Below, in pieces: positions 1 through 12,066 of a DNA stretch of 64,000 nucleotides. The DNA lies in NCBI RefSeq assembly GCF_003704095.1, contig NW_020843402.1, forward strand, positions 372,001 through 436,000, in the 5' to 3' direction. Source of the stretch: Pocillopora damicornis (lineage: Eukaryota). A program made the translations under genes and the position numbers. Under the pieces are notes generated by a model, which was given only the letters and a program-made list of their open reading frames with translations, had not been told where the DNA came from and searched no databases. How positions within the stretch are numbered: the first letter of the stretch is position 1; each line of letters begins with the position of its first letter.

Positions 1-3000
1 GGAATACCCAAACCAGTTATCACATGGAGCCGAAATGGGGACGTGATTGAGGAATCTCTTTACAACATCATCGGAGATGGATACTTGCTAGTCAAGAGGC
101 TTGTGTTGTCCGACATGGGACCCTATCAGTGCTTTGCAGAAAACCACTTGGGAAAAATTCAGGCCACAGCAGAACTCAACGTTTACATGAAAGGTATGGA
201 CTAACAAGTCTATATTTTATCTCAGATCTTAATGTTAGATTTGGCAACTTCTGTCAGATGATTATCTTTAAGAACTTATTTATGTAACTTTTTTAAATCC
301 TTGTCACATAGGCCAACCGCTTCCATCATTACAAACCACAACTGCTCCGAATACAGAGAGAGCAGAGAAACCCATATCAGCATCTGTTTCAGATACGAAG
401 ACAGCGCAGAATACCGCATCGGCATCGTACACCACAGTTGAGCCAGAGACGACAGTAGCCTCAGAGAGCTCAACGAATTTAAGTATGACAACAACTTCAG
501 TGGCAACAGTAGTCCCAGTTACCGAGTCAATCTCAGATATTTCAACAGCCCAGGTTACTACTGCAGCACCAGATTCTACTCCAACTACAGATAGTACAGT
601 TGACGTGCACAGCTCAGCTGTGTCAGATCCTACAGTGACCTCAGATACTACAAAATTTTCAGTTATGACAGATGCGTTACAAGGATCATCGGCAGTGCCA
701 TACACCCCGTCTGCCATGTCAACCATTGCAAGTTTTGGAACAAGCCCATATCCCGTGAAGACAGCAACAAATAAGATTGCGACAAATCAAGACACAACAT
801 CAATTCCAAACTCGACAGCATCCTCAGCTGAACCCAAGACCTTACCTTCAATGGAGACCCTGGATACTACAGTAGCAAAACCAGATCTCATTACACTAAT
901 CCATGGTACCTCTGGAACCCCGGCTTCCACGAGAGTTGCGGATTCCATACCAGAGACCACAGATGCCTCAAAACATCCGTATTCTACAGCCGCGAAAGAT
1001 ACTGCATCAACAGTAGAAGCCACAAATACTGAGACTGTGACTGTGGCAAACCAATTCACCACAGCAATACGAGAAGTCATAACAACATCGGACGCTAGGC
1101 AACTTTCGCACCCCCCAACTCGAGAAATCACTGCTTTCCCAAAGGCAACCTCAGACTTTACAACGGAACCAGAACCAGACGTTACAGCTCCTCCGGTTAT
1201 AACAACAACACCAGATGTCCAGCACCGAGGTTTGAAATGTAAATTTTTTTGATGATCTTTCTCACAAGTTTGCCAACCGCGGCAAGCAGTGTGAGATTAG
1301 AAAAAGAAAAACGGGGACACCTCTAAGTTGTCATGGAAAGGGTGTTGCAAAATTCGTTTTTAAAGATCTATATTTCTTTTCAGTAAAACCTCATTTAAAT
1401 ACCTTTAGGGAACATAGTGATCGATGAAAAGCTATTAAGAAGTGGAATTAAAAAAAAAGGGTTGTCAAAACATTGCTATATGTATTTAATTGTGGTCGTT
1501 TCTGTTTTGGACCAATGAAAAATAACTCGCATGAAAACAAATTCGTGTAATGATTATTAGCAGAAAGTGCAATAAATAATTACTCTAACATTTCAACAGA
1601 TGAACTGCAACCTATTGTCAAAGAAAAAACCGTAAGAGAAGGCTCGATAAAAGTCATCAAATGCATAGCAACAGCAATCCACAAACCTGACGTAGACTGG
1701 TACAGAAATGGCAAGAAGTTGCCCACAATGAAGTGTTCCGAGTTAAATGACGTCAGATGCCAGGGAATTCCGTATGAAGTTTATGAAGAAATTAAAGAAC
1801 ACAAGTTTGGAGGAAAGAGCGCTAGGACTATAAAAGTTCTTAAAATACGAAGTGCATTATACTCGAGAGATCAAGGAGAATTTGAATGTATTGCAACAAA
1901 CGGTCACGCCCAACCTGCAAAATTAATCATTGATCTGAACGTCCTAGGTATGTATAAACTGAAAGCAGTATTTAACTTTTGTATTCGTACTCAAAATTTT
2001 GTTACCTGACACCCAGGTCTTTGACTCAATGATCTGGAAGGTTGGCAAAAATCATGTTTGTTTTATGTGCACACGTTTATTTCTTCATTGCACATTTTTT
2101 TCGGTTTCACAATGTTGATGCAAATGCAATTTCTACCATAATCCCCATCGGAGAATTTTGCTATCCTTTACCCTTAGACCTGCATCAGGGTAAGTCTTTT
2201 ATCTTCTAAAACTAAACCAATGCAGGTTAATTATCTTCTTCAGCTCCCCCCCGATTAATACAAAAGCCCGACAAGGTGCTCAGTAGTAGCGGCAAAGGGT
2301 CGAAAGTGTCTTGTGTGGTGAACAAAGGCAATCCTCTGCCAACATTCAAGTGGGAATACCAAAACACGGATTGTTTCACTTTCAACACGAGCTCTTGTGA
2401 CCCAGTTGAAAGTCAGTGGATGCCAGTCCCTGAGAGTCTAATAATGACTCCTCCAAACACACCGACAAAGAAGAGTGTGGTAAACGTTCAAGGCAATCAG
2501 CCAACTGCGAGCTTCAGGTGTCTGGCGTCTAATAAACTAGGAAGGGATTTTCATGTCATCAAACTTGTTCGAAGTGGTAAGAAATTTGTCTTTTCATATG
2601 ATCCTTAATTCTGAGAAAGTTACTCAAAATTCATCAGAATTCTTTTTATATTTGCTGATATACTTCACTTGTTTTTCTTGACAGTACCCTTGGCTTTTGT
2701 TAAGAAACCACAGAATATCTTAAAGGGATACCTGGGCCAAAAGATACTTATAAATTGCTCCACCAATGACCAAGATGCTACAGTGTCCCTTCTTTACAGG
2801 CGCCATCCATTTGTGGCCTTTGTNNNNNNNNNNNNNNNNNNNNNNNNNNNNNNNNNNNNNNNNNNNNNNNNNNNNNNNNNNNNNNNNNNNNNNNNNNNNN
2901 NNNNNNNNNNNNNNNNNNNNNNNNNNNNNNNNNNNNNNNNNNNNNNNNNNNNNNNNNNNNNNNNNNNNNNNNNNNNNNNNNNNNNNNNNNNNNNNNNNNN

Positions 3001-5647
3001 NNNNNNNNNNNNNNNNNNNNNNNNNNNNNNNNNNNNNNNNNNNNNNNNNNNNNNNNNNNNNNNNNNNNNNNNNNNNNNNNNNNNNNNNNNNNNNNNNNNN
3101 NNNNNNNNNNNNNNNNNNNNNNNNNNNNNNNNNNNNNNNNNNNNNNNNNNNNNNNNNNNNNNNNNNNNNNNNNNNNNNNNNNNNNNNNNNNNNNNNNNNN
3201 NNNNNNNNNNNNNNNNNNNNNNNNNNNNNNNNNNNNNNNNNNNNNNNNNNNNNNNNNNNNNNNNNNNNNNNNNNNNNNNNNNNNNTTAACTGTTCTACAA
3301 ATGATCAGGAGGCAACAGTATCTCTCCTATACAAACATCATCCGCTTGCTTCCTTCCATGAGCTGGACCTTAAACAAAACAAACTATCGAGGAAAGGAAA
3401 CGTTTTTACTTTACTAAATGTTGAACGCAGAGATGCTGGAATATATTCCTGCCAGGCGAGTAATCGGGGTGGTTGGAACATTCGATGGCCACCTGGTAGA
3501 GGATATTTGATTCCTATTCGAGGTAAGGTAATTTACAAGATTCAAGCCAATTTATTTAGGATTAAACATAACCTCAGCTTTCCGATGACCTTTTTCCTTC
3601 CATGATAAGGTTCGATAATCGTAACAGGCGTTACGGTTACAATGGTAATGTTGTTTTGGTCCCATAGTTTGTCTTTAATGCACCTTAGTTGTATGAGACT
3701 ACAAAGCCACCGCAAAGCCTGAACCATCAACGGGACAGCCTACTTACACTTATCATTTGAAATTTGCAAGGGCTTTTCCTTTATTTTTACAAGCATGCAC
3801 CTTTAATATTAATTTATTTATTCTGGCAGGTGGATCGCCAAATCACTTTGTTTTGAGGCCTGAAACACCACTTAATGTACAACAAGAGCAGCATGAATTT
3901 TTCGAGGGCTTTCCCTTACTCTTTCAAGTATAGACCGTTGATATTTATTAATTTTTTCTGGTAGGTGGATTACCAAATCATTTCGTTTTGAGGCCTAAAA
4001 CACCGCTCACTGTACGACAAGGGCAGCAAATAACTATTACTTGTGAATCAGAAGGTATCTCAGAGACCAAACTACACTGGATGAAACAAACCAAAACAGG
4101 AGATGTTTCTGTCCCAAGTAACCTTGTCACTGTTGATAAGGACAGATCCACAAATAAAGTTAGAGCCTTCCTTAAGATTTCAAATGTTCAGGCAGAAGAT
4201 GCTGGTGTTTACAAATGCGTGTTAAGGGTCTTTGACAAGACAGATCACAAGATGATTTCATTGTATGTTAGAGGTAATTTAAGTAAAACTTATGCAGTAA
4301 TCACGGAAAATGTAAATGTGGAGATCTCTTCGAACATTGATGAAGGCAAGGATTTTGTAGTCGAGTCCCAAACCACCATCGAAATATTACACAGATGCTT
4401 GAGCAAGTCCCTTTTGCTCTACAGGTTTCAGATCTTCACCTAGTCATATCGTTTTGGTTGCTTGCATGGTGCATACACGATTGAGTTCGTTTTATCATAA
4501 CTGCCTATGAGGAAGGCCAATAAGCAATCTTTTCTCATGGCCACCTCAAGGAAGGTAACGGTTTACGAGCTTACTTTTGTCCAAAAAGCTTTTCAGTTGC
4601 ATACCACTTACAAATCAATTTTTGTTTATTGTCAACTTTTTCGCAGAACCATTATCTTTCCTCGTTAAACCAGACGTGATTTTGCACGGATACCAGGCCC
4701 ATAGTTTGACATTAAACTGTTCCACTAACGACCGAAATGCTACAGTATCACTCTATCACAGACACCATCCCCTGGCACCTTTCAGGGAGCGAAAAATCGA
4801 CGCAAAGAAGGTTTTGTTAAAGGGTCAAGTATTTACACTTCTAAATTTAAGTCTAAAAGATCAGGGAACATACGCCTGTGAGGCCAAAACTGAGGAGAAT
4901 GAGAGCATACGCTGGCCATCTACAAGAGGTTACCTAATCGTGAGCCAAGGTAAAGAGAATTTGTAGAATCTTTGCACTTGTTTTTGTTCAGCGGTTCAGA
5001 TTTGTTTACAAATTTTGATTGTTTTCAAATTTAAGAGAGTTATTTTCGGCACCACTATTTCGTTTTAATTAATAATTAGTAAAGTATTATAAGAATAAAA
5101 ACCCATCATATCAGTAAAGCTGTCTCTCTAGGATGCCGTGTCTCAATCAAACTTATAATGACGCACTTTACTTTTAAATTCGCTTTAAGTGCAATGCAAG
5201 TTTGTTTCCTACAATGGACTAAAGGTGAATCATCTGCAAAAATCTGAATAAACTCTGGCAGTAACAGGCCACTACTCTCGTTCACTAAGACCAACTTTTG
5301 TTAGCCGAGTTGTATTAAACTCATATTTAAATTTGCAGCTCGAATCCCCGACTACTTTGAATTGAAACCAGCCAATCCGATCATAGTGCCGAAAGGTGGA
5401 AGTACAATTGTCACATGCGAATCAGAAGGAGTGTCAGAGATTCAGCTTCAGTGGAAGAAAGGAGATGTCAGTAATGGTAACGCGTCAATCCAGGACAGAA
5501 TGGTTAGTATTGTGAAAGACTGGTCCACCAACCGAGTGCAAGCTATCCTCAGGATTACGAACGCTCAAATGGAGGACAGTGGAGTCTACCAGTGTGTGCT
5601 AAGGGTATTTGAAAAGACGAGCATGAAATCTGTTGAGATCACGGTTA
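1..5647 (+). CDS. Partial multi-exon gene: multi-immunoglobulin-domain extracellular protein with a Ser/Thr-rich mucin-like stalk (VEGFR-ectodomain/hemicentin-like). 5' end is outside the window; 3' end runs into a gap
   Basis: Phase-1 GT-AG exons: <1-193 (I-set Ig GIPKPVITWSRNG...DMGPYQCFAENHLG), 312-1229 (Thr/Ser/Pro-rich), 1600-1947 (Ig, C..WYRNG..DQGEFECIATN), 2244-2576 (Ig, CVVNKGNPLPTFKW..FRCLASN), 2685->2823 (gap), <3286-3522, 3965-4273, 4647-4949, 5339->5647. Complete Ig exons show C...W or C...Y/FxC patterns. No TM or kinase exon seen. Confidence 0.88.
3765..3894 (+). repeat. Truncated tandem duplicate of the acceptor and 5' part of exon 3965-4273
   Basis: ttctggcag|gtggatcgccaaatcactttgttttgaggcctgaaacaccac (3821-3872) matches ttctggtag|gtggattaccaaatcatttcgttttgaggcctaaaacaccgc (3956-4007). 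Upstream intron sequence agggcttt.c is also repeated. Confidence 0.85.
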
Positions 5648-7338
5648 NNNNNNNNNNNNNNNNNNNNNNNNNNNNNNNNNNNNNNNNNNNNNNNNNNNNN
5701 NNNNNNNNNNNNNNNNNNNNNNNNNNNNNNNNNNNNNNNNNNNNNNNCCTGCCAGCAGTGTTTGGAGTTCAACACTGACATGATTTTATCTAAAAAACGC
5801 TTTTACTTGAAATATCCATGTCATGAAATGTGTTTATGCAGGGCTGATGTTTTTTTTAAGATACGTTTTAGAAAAATACTCCCCAAACATCCTAATCTTT
5901 TGTTATAAATGGGTAAATTATTCAAGTTAAACCATCTTCGGCCTGTTTATCGTTATAATTTTATTTTTGTAGGGACATATGGACTTAAGCTTAAAGAATA
6001 TCTCGACGCTCAAGACATCTGTACGAATAACAATATTCACGCCCACTCTAGAAACGTGACTTATCCGCCAATAATTCACTTGAAAACGAAAGCCCCAAAA
6101 GTTAAAGTCACATAGCTAAACCTTAGTAAAAGGTATAACTTAAAACCCTTCTTTTGTACCAAAGTAGAATGTTTGTGAGTATTTTTGAACATTGCATGTC
6201 GTGTTCCTGTGCTCTACTCCGCTTTCTGCCACAAATGCTGCGATCTGATTGGCTATTTGCCAGCTATTTCGAGTTAAATATTTGAATAAAGTAAGTTATC
6301 TAACATTGTGTGGTTGTCAACAAAATAAAATAAAAACATGATATTGTCATGTTAGATTTTCAACACCTAGAAGAATTATTCAGGAAAAATTCGATTATTG
6401 GCTCTCGATTTCTGTGCGTGATACTTTTTTCAAGCTTCACCTTCGTCAACTATCATGCGTTTGAAATCTCAAGCTTAAAGCGTAGTTTTTAACTCATGTG
6501 GGTCGGTCGTGACAAAAATTACCATCTGAACGGGTATCCTAATTCCAGGCGAAAGAGCCGGCACGTACGAGATAACGTGACTCAGTTCCTAAACTGACGT
6601 GTTGTTGTTAATACCTATGATGCAACTTCCCGGAAATATTTGGTATTTACGTACATTGAACTTATCTTCTGGCCACCGATTTGATAGTATCGAGATATGT
6701 CTGCTAATGGTGTTATGGCAAACTGACACTTTTTCATCTTTCGTGTGAAGCGCAAAAGTAGCGGAGTTCGAGGCTTAAACATGATCTTCGGTTTATATTA
6801 TGTCACTTGAAATATTGAACGAAAAACTACAACCTCTCAGCCGTTACAACTCATTAAATGACGGAGATAACCGTGCTTCAAACATCGATAACTTTTGTTG
6901 AAGTAATCAAGTTAACCCCATCGATTTTTCTTTTACATTTTCACATCAAAGGCTTCATTTCAAGCTCATTTCTATATGTACAAATGGCAAACAAAATCGC
7001 ACGTTCTGGTGATGATTCTAGAGATGAGATGACCTTTAATAGAATTGTAAAATGCAGAAAGCCAAACTCGGACAAAGCTTTTTATTATTTTTTCCGTATC
7101 TTTGTACAAACACGCAAAATGCTTTGTAGGCGGGAAATATTAGTGGATATTGCGTGAAGTATTTCAGTCCGCCTTTATTAAGGCAAAGAAAAGTCACTCT
7201 CCTGCTTACGACCAGGAGAATTTTTGTATTAATGTAATTTAAATGTCCTTTCTATTTTATTCAGAAGCTTTCGTTCAAATTTGATTTTTTTTGAAAAGAA
7301 CAATCCTCACTCCTTAATTGTTAATCACCAAATTAAGT

Positions 7339-8340
7339 TCAACGAGAGCCTCTCATCCATAACTTTATGCACAAAAAACGATTGAACATTTCCTTCAAAG
7401 CAGTAAGGAAATTTGTGCTCGACACGAAAAGTATTATGGGGTTGATTGCTGCTGGTAAAGATGGCAATATGTAAAATAACAAACCTAGTACAAGCAAACA
7501 AGAGTCTCTGTCTTGCGATGGGTAAACTGCTTCAAGTAATATTAGATATACAACAATTGAAGTCCAGCAGACGAAAAAGACCACGACAATTGATGCAAAG
7601 ACCTTCATAATATTCTGGTTTTGTTTGTGATTTCTTGCTCTTATCTTATTCAGCGCTTGGTCCTGCTCATCAGTGACACGTCTTGATCGCTTCAAACTTT
7701 TTATGATCTTGGTATAAAGAACGATGATCAAAACCAGGGGGGTACAGTAGAACATAACAAATCCAATAGCATAGAATACATAGCGGTTCTCCGCTTCCCA
7801 CGAAAGCGAGCAGAGTGGTTGATTCTCATTAAGCCTAACGATCCGTAAGAATCTGAGGTATGGTACAGCTAGTAGTAACGGGATGATCCAAGTCAGTGCC
7901 AATGAAACAGCTCGGGGTCGAGTCTTTTCCATCAGAACTTTAGCCTTAAGTGGATGAACTACAGCAACGAACCTCTCCACGACTATACCGACTAAGCTGA
8001 AAACTGAAATAACCTGTGACACGCCTCTGAAATACAGACTTATTTTACAAACAGCTGTGGCTGCTGGATCATCGATCAAATGTTTCCCTGACAGCATCCC
8101 CTCAGTGGCGTACAGCGGCCATGTGCTCACAGCGGACAATAGATCCCCAACGGCCATGTTAACAATGAAATAATTTGTACTTGTCCTAAGGGTTTTGTTG
8201 GTAAGAAAAACTGCAGTCACCAAAATATTGCCGACCAACGAAAAAATGCTAACAACAGAAATAGCTGTTGTGATCAAAGCAGAAACGATGGGAGAACAAG
8301 TGGACTGGTTCTCGAGAACATAGCTACTAGAATTATCCAT
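7339..8340 (-). CDS. Rhodopsin-class (family A) orphan GPCR, intronless CDS, paralog 1
   Basis: Seven hydrophobic segments; GN in TM1, NMAVGDL in TM2, C...ERF in TM3, W in TM4, FYCTP in TM5, FFVCWTS in TM6, INPIILF in TM7. Likely start MDNSS at 8340, N-terminal N-glycosylation sequons. Confidence 0.93.
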   Translation of the reverse strand: MDNSSSYVLENQSTCSPIVSALITTAISVVSIFSLVGNILVTAVFLTNKTLRTSTNYFIVNMAVGDLLSAVSTWPLYATEGMLSGKHLIDDPAATAVCKISLYFRGVSQVISVFSLVGIVVERFVAVVHPLKAKVLMEKTRPRAVSLALTWIIPLLLAVPYLRFLRIVRLNENQPLCSLSWEAENRYVFYAIGFVMFYCTPLVLIIVLYTKIIKSLKRSRRVTDEQDQALNKIRARNHKQNQNIMKVFASIVVVFFVCWTSIVVYLILLEAVYPSQDRDSCLLVLGLLFYILPSLPAAINPIILFVSSTNFLTALKEMFNRFLCIKLWMRGSR

Positions 8341-10282
8341 TTCTTGGTCTGAACGGAGGCCTAAACACAAAGAATATCGACACCACACCTGCGATCCTTC
8401 GACTGTCGTCATAAAGGTTAAACACAAACAACTAAGAGTTGACTGTTTTAAAAAAGTGATTCTTGATATTTTGTGAGTTTATTATGCGCAGCGTAATAGC
8501 GTCACGACCCCTGGCTTAAAGGGGAATATTATCAAATACTATCAAATACTGTGACATGGTTATATCAGCTGTATATGCAAATTCACTGGACTAAAGAAAG
8601 TATTTACATGAGTATAGGGTTTAAACCAAACTGGAATGACTTGGTTCATCGACATGAATATCATTTTACCGACATTAATTTAGCGTTGTAGTGCTGAAGT
8701 TGGTTCAATCTAGTAGAGAAAGGAACGTAGAGTAGTGGAAATCAGATACACTGATAAGTTTAAATACCGAGCCAATGTGACAGAGTAATAAGGTGTTATT
8801 AATTTCTGTGACTTTGATAATAGGCACAATGTTGGACTGCATGATCATACGCAGAGAGCATTACGCAAGTTTGAGTGCGTTAAAATATAAAACGGAAGTT
8901 CTAGAGATTTCTTTGACGCCATTCAAATTGCAAAATCAGTTCAATGCGCAAAATCGACACATCGTAGTGGACTATTTCTCCAAAACTCGCAGGACTCAAA
9001 GTTATATTTCTTCTAACAAAGTATTCACCACTGGTCTTCTGTAGGTGTTAGTAGTCTAGTTTTCACTCGCCGCGTCGTGTTCCTTGGAAAGACCAATGCC
9101 TTTGGTATAGAGAGATGTCTCGCGAACAAGTCTCTCTTACAATGGGCCGTATGCCCGTGAAAACGTAGCTCAACGGTGGGGTAGAAGAAAGAAATTAATA
9201 CTCTGTCTTCGTTTAGGTGAAAAAGGTCTCTTACCAAGGATCGCTTGAGGGATGTTGAGAATTAACTTCCTGTGTAATGTTGGAACAATTTTATTACTGT
9301 AAAGACAGATTTGCTTGAACGGGAAAAACAACAGTATGTAAATATAAACCGCATTAGTTTTAACAGCAGTTCTACTGAATAATGCCCATAACACTGACTG
9401 AAATCAATTCAAAAAGTTGACGAAAAGCCAGAGAAACTAAGCAATTTAACATGTTTATTAACCTGAAGGATTTATTTGTCAGTTCCGATGACTCAGTGTC
9501 TTCTATGATCCACATCCTTAGTATAAGGTTAATGCATTTCCAGTACAAGAGCCATGGTGGTTCAATGAAGTGAGACCAGTTTTTGCATTGAACTGACTTC
9601 GCAAAGTTTTAAGACAGAATACTAAAGTTCCCAAAAGCCGGGTCTCTCTACCTAGTGGAAGAAATGTAAGAGATTCAAACAAAAGCCTTGAGTAATTACT
9701 TTTGAAAATTTCTAAGCGCCTCAAACTTGAGAGAGTAAACTTTAATAGACAAAACCAACTTGATTTTCCATATGATAATTCATTGCGGCTAAGCCCTGCC
9801 AACCTTTTTACCTTAAGTACGTCGATCTGACGTCATCTAATAAATCACAACTCAGGGCCTTAAAACTTCCTGTTTATGAAAAAGTTTCTCGTTACTTTGC
9901 TTGTCGTCATCAGAAGAATACTTAAATTTCTATTTTAAAGTCTTCAAAAGAAAGGAAACGAGGTAGGTATCTACTTAATCTACTTAAGTCGTTTTATCTT
10001 CAAACGGCAGCAAAAACATCCAAGGAGGTTAAACAATTAGAAACAAATGAAGAAACAACACGAACAAGCCAATTGGTAATTAAGCCGAGAGGAGACGTAA
10101 ATAAAATTGTTTGGATAAAGTGGGTGTGAAAACATTTCACCCTATCATTAGTAATGGAAAGTTTTACCGTAAAGTCTATTCAGAAGTTAAGAAACACAAC
10201 CTTGTAAAAAGTAGCATTTAAGTGTCGACGTTAGGGAGCCCGTGATTAAAATTCCTCTTTGCAAAACCTGACAGCAATTTCC

Positions 10283-10289
10283 TATAAAA
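10283..10289 (+). promoter_or_regulatory. Candidate TATA box of the hydrolase gene
   Basis: TATAAAA about 70 nt upstream of the ATG at 10354. Confidence 0.45.
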
Positions 10290-10353
10290 ATTTATGTAGA
10301 ACTACATTATATGTGGTTTAATTGTTGGTTTAGATCTCCTCTTGCGAGCTGTG

Positions 10354-11448
10354 ATGATGAAGGTTCTTTCCATGGTCCTCGTGCTGCTGCTAAGGCTTTT
10401 CGTTACAAACGCCTGTACCGAATTCCGCTTGACTTCCGAAGATAACTCGGTGGTCGTCGGTCGGAGTATGGAGTTCTTCGATCTAAGGTATGATCTCGTT
10501 GTAGAACCTGAGCAGTATCCTGATATAGCGATTCCTAAGAAAGAATGCATCGTTCATTCCCCATCGCTTCTACAGTGGAAAAATAAATATAGCATTGCAT
10601 ACGTCAACGCTTTGGACTTGCCCGTAGCTACCGATGGTTTTAATGAAGCTGGTCTTTCTGTTGCTGCAAACCTCTTCGTTGGCTTCGCCCATTTCCAGAA
10701 AATACCGGTCGAAAAATGCCACATGGCGGTGTCTTCTTTGCAGCTTCCATTGTGGATTCTTGGAAACTTTGGGACAGTTCAGGAATTAAGGGATGCTTTG
10801 AAGAAGGACACTTTCCCTCTGGTGTTTGAGTTTAACCTTCCTGAAAAGGTTAAGAAAATCCTTCAGCTTCACTATTCCATCGTGGACGCTTCTGGGGATG
10901 CTATCGTTATTGAGTTTACTGAACAGGGGAGAATGGTATTCGACAACACTCTCGGCATCTTAACTAACTCCCCGCCCTATGATTTCCATCTAATGAACGT
11001 CCGCAATTATGTTGAACTTTCCAAATCGGCCCATGATTCTCTGGTGTTGGGCAAAATGACGTTCGAAGCTACTGGCCAAGGAAGTGGACTCCTAGGAATA
11101 CCCGGTGACTTCACACCGCCATCAAGATTTGTACGCGCGGCTGTCATGGCTCATTTTTCCGATCAAGTCCAGACAGGCAAAGACGCAGTTATCAAGGCTT
11201 TTCACATCTTGAATACCGTTGATATACCCCGCGGAACGTCCTTTGATTACACTGTTTGGTCTGTTGTCAAAGACTTGACGACAAAATCGCTTTATTTCCG
11301 ATTCTACGATGACCTTACCATTTGTGTACTTCACATGAATGACGTCAAGAAAGACAAAAGGCTGAAAATGAAAATGAATGAATGCATTGGTGGTTTTGTT
11401 AACATAGCCAAAGACCTCAAGCTGGCCATGGTTCATGATGAACTTTAG
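10354..11448 (+). CDS. Choloylglycine hydrolase / penicillin V acylase family linear amide C-N hydrolase (Ntn-hydrolase), with signal peptide and C-terminal HDEL, intronless
   Basis: MMKVLSMVLVLLLRLFVTNA|CTEFRLTSEDNSVVVGRSMEF: nucleophile Cys (10414) directly follows the signal peptide. Family motifs DGFNEAGL, LHYSIVDASGDAIVIE, GILTNSPPYDFH..N..NY, GLLGIPGDFTPPSRFVRA, AFHILNTVDIP. Ends VHDEL*. Confidence 0.93.
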   Translation: MMKVLSMVLVLLLRLFVTNACTEFRLTSEDNSVVVGRSMEFFDLRYDLVVEPEQYPDIAIPKKECIVHSPSLLQWKNKYSIAYVNALDLPVATDGFNEAGLSVAANLFVGFAHFQKIPVEKCHMAVSSLQLPLWILGNFGTVQELRDALKKDTFPLVFEFNLPEKVKKILQLHYSIVDASGDAIVIEFTEQGRMVFDNTLGILTNSPPYDFHLMNVRNYVELSKSAHDSLVLGKMTFEATGQGSGLLGIPGDFTPPSRFVRAAVMAHFSDQVQTGKDAVIKAFHILNTVDIPRGTSFDYTVWSVVKDLTTKSLYFRFYDDLTICVLHMNDVKKDKRLKMKMNECIGGFVNIAKDLKLAMVHDEL

Positions 11449-11794
11449 GAAACTCCATGATGATTCATTGAAAATTCTCAATCAGAGAGAATTTTCGGTC
11501 AAACTCCGCCGTTCAAACAACAGACTCTTGTGTGATTGTGTGAAAGAGTCTGCTAGGAGCAAAATCTCTTGTGTGATTCTAAAGTGTGTACTCTAGTATA
11601 ATATCTTGTGTGATGTAGAAGTGTCTCTCATGAAGAGCGATATGACTTGGGAGTGTTTGCCTAAAGCATAAGGGAACCTTAATGTAATTTCGAGTGTGTT
11701 CCACAAGGAAGAGCTCTAATGCAACTTGGAGGGTGTGTCAAAGTACAATTTAAGTCTGTGTGATTTGGAGTTGTACGCTAGAAGCAAGGAACAA

Positions 11795-12066
11795 TGTTCA
11801 ATTGAGTGTCGTGAGTAATCCGAGATTGTGTAGGTTATGCTTTTCTTCACTCTGTGATTGGTCCAGAAAACTTGCACCACCTTCTCAACTAATCAGATAC
11901 AAAACTAAAACCAATCATGAATTGATCGCCCACGTTCTCCCGCTGCAGATAGTTTGGTAGTTTTTACTTTGAGTTCTCATTGGCTCTTAGGGGTATTTTC
12001 TTTCCTTCTGATTTTGGCCGTCGGGATTACTTTGGTTTTAGTTTTATAAAACCAAAAAGTGCTCTT
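11795..12066. repeat. Interspersed non-autonomous repeat, family B copy 1
   Basis: ttcactctgtgattggtcca...ctcaactaatcagatacaaaact...cgttctcccgc aligns in reverse complement with 29600-29770. Confidence 0.65.

Noticed and set aside
276-1131. Minus-strand ORFs over the mucin exon, and similar antisense ORFs over the GPCRs, hydrolase, SREBP and p62
   Set aside because: Shadow frames of real coding exons with no independent motifs.
2669-3605. Long ORFs spanning N runs (also 5599-5908 and 51228-51648)
   Set aside because: Artefacts of translating through assembly gaps.
1-5647. Calling the Ig gene VEGFR or hemicentin
   Set aside because: No TM, kinase, VWA or EGF exons are in the window; only domain-level resemblance is supportable.
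10342-11448. Hydrolase as bacterial contamination, or as acid ceramidase/NAAA
   Set aside because: No gap separates it from flanking animal genes, there is no operon context and it ends in HDEL. It lacks the alpha chain and introns of ASAH1/NAAA. Read-level confirmation is still needed.
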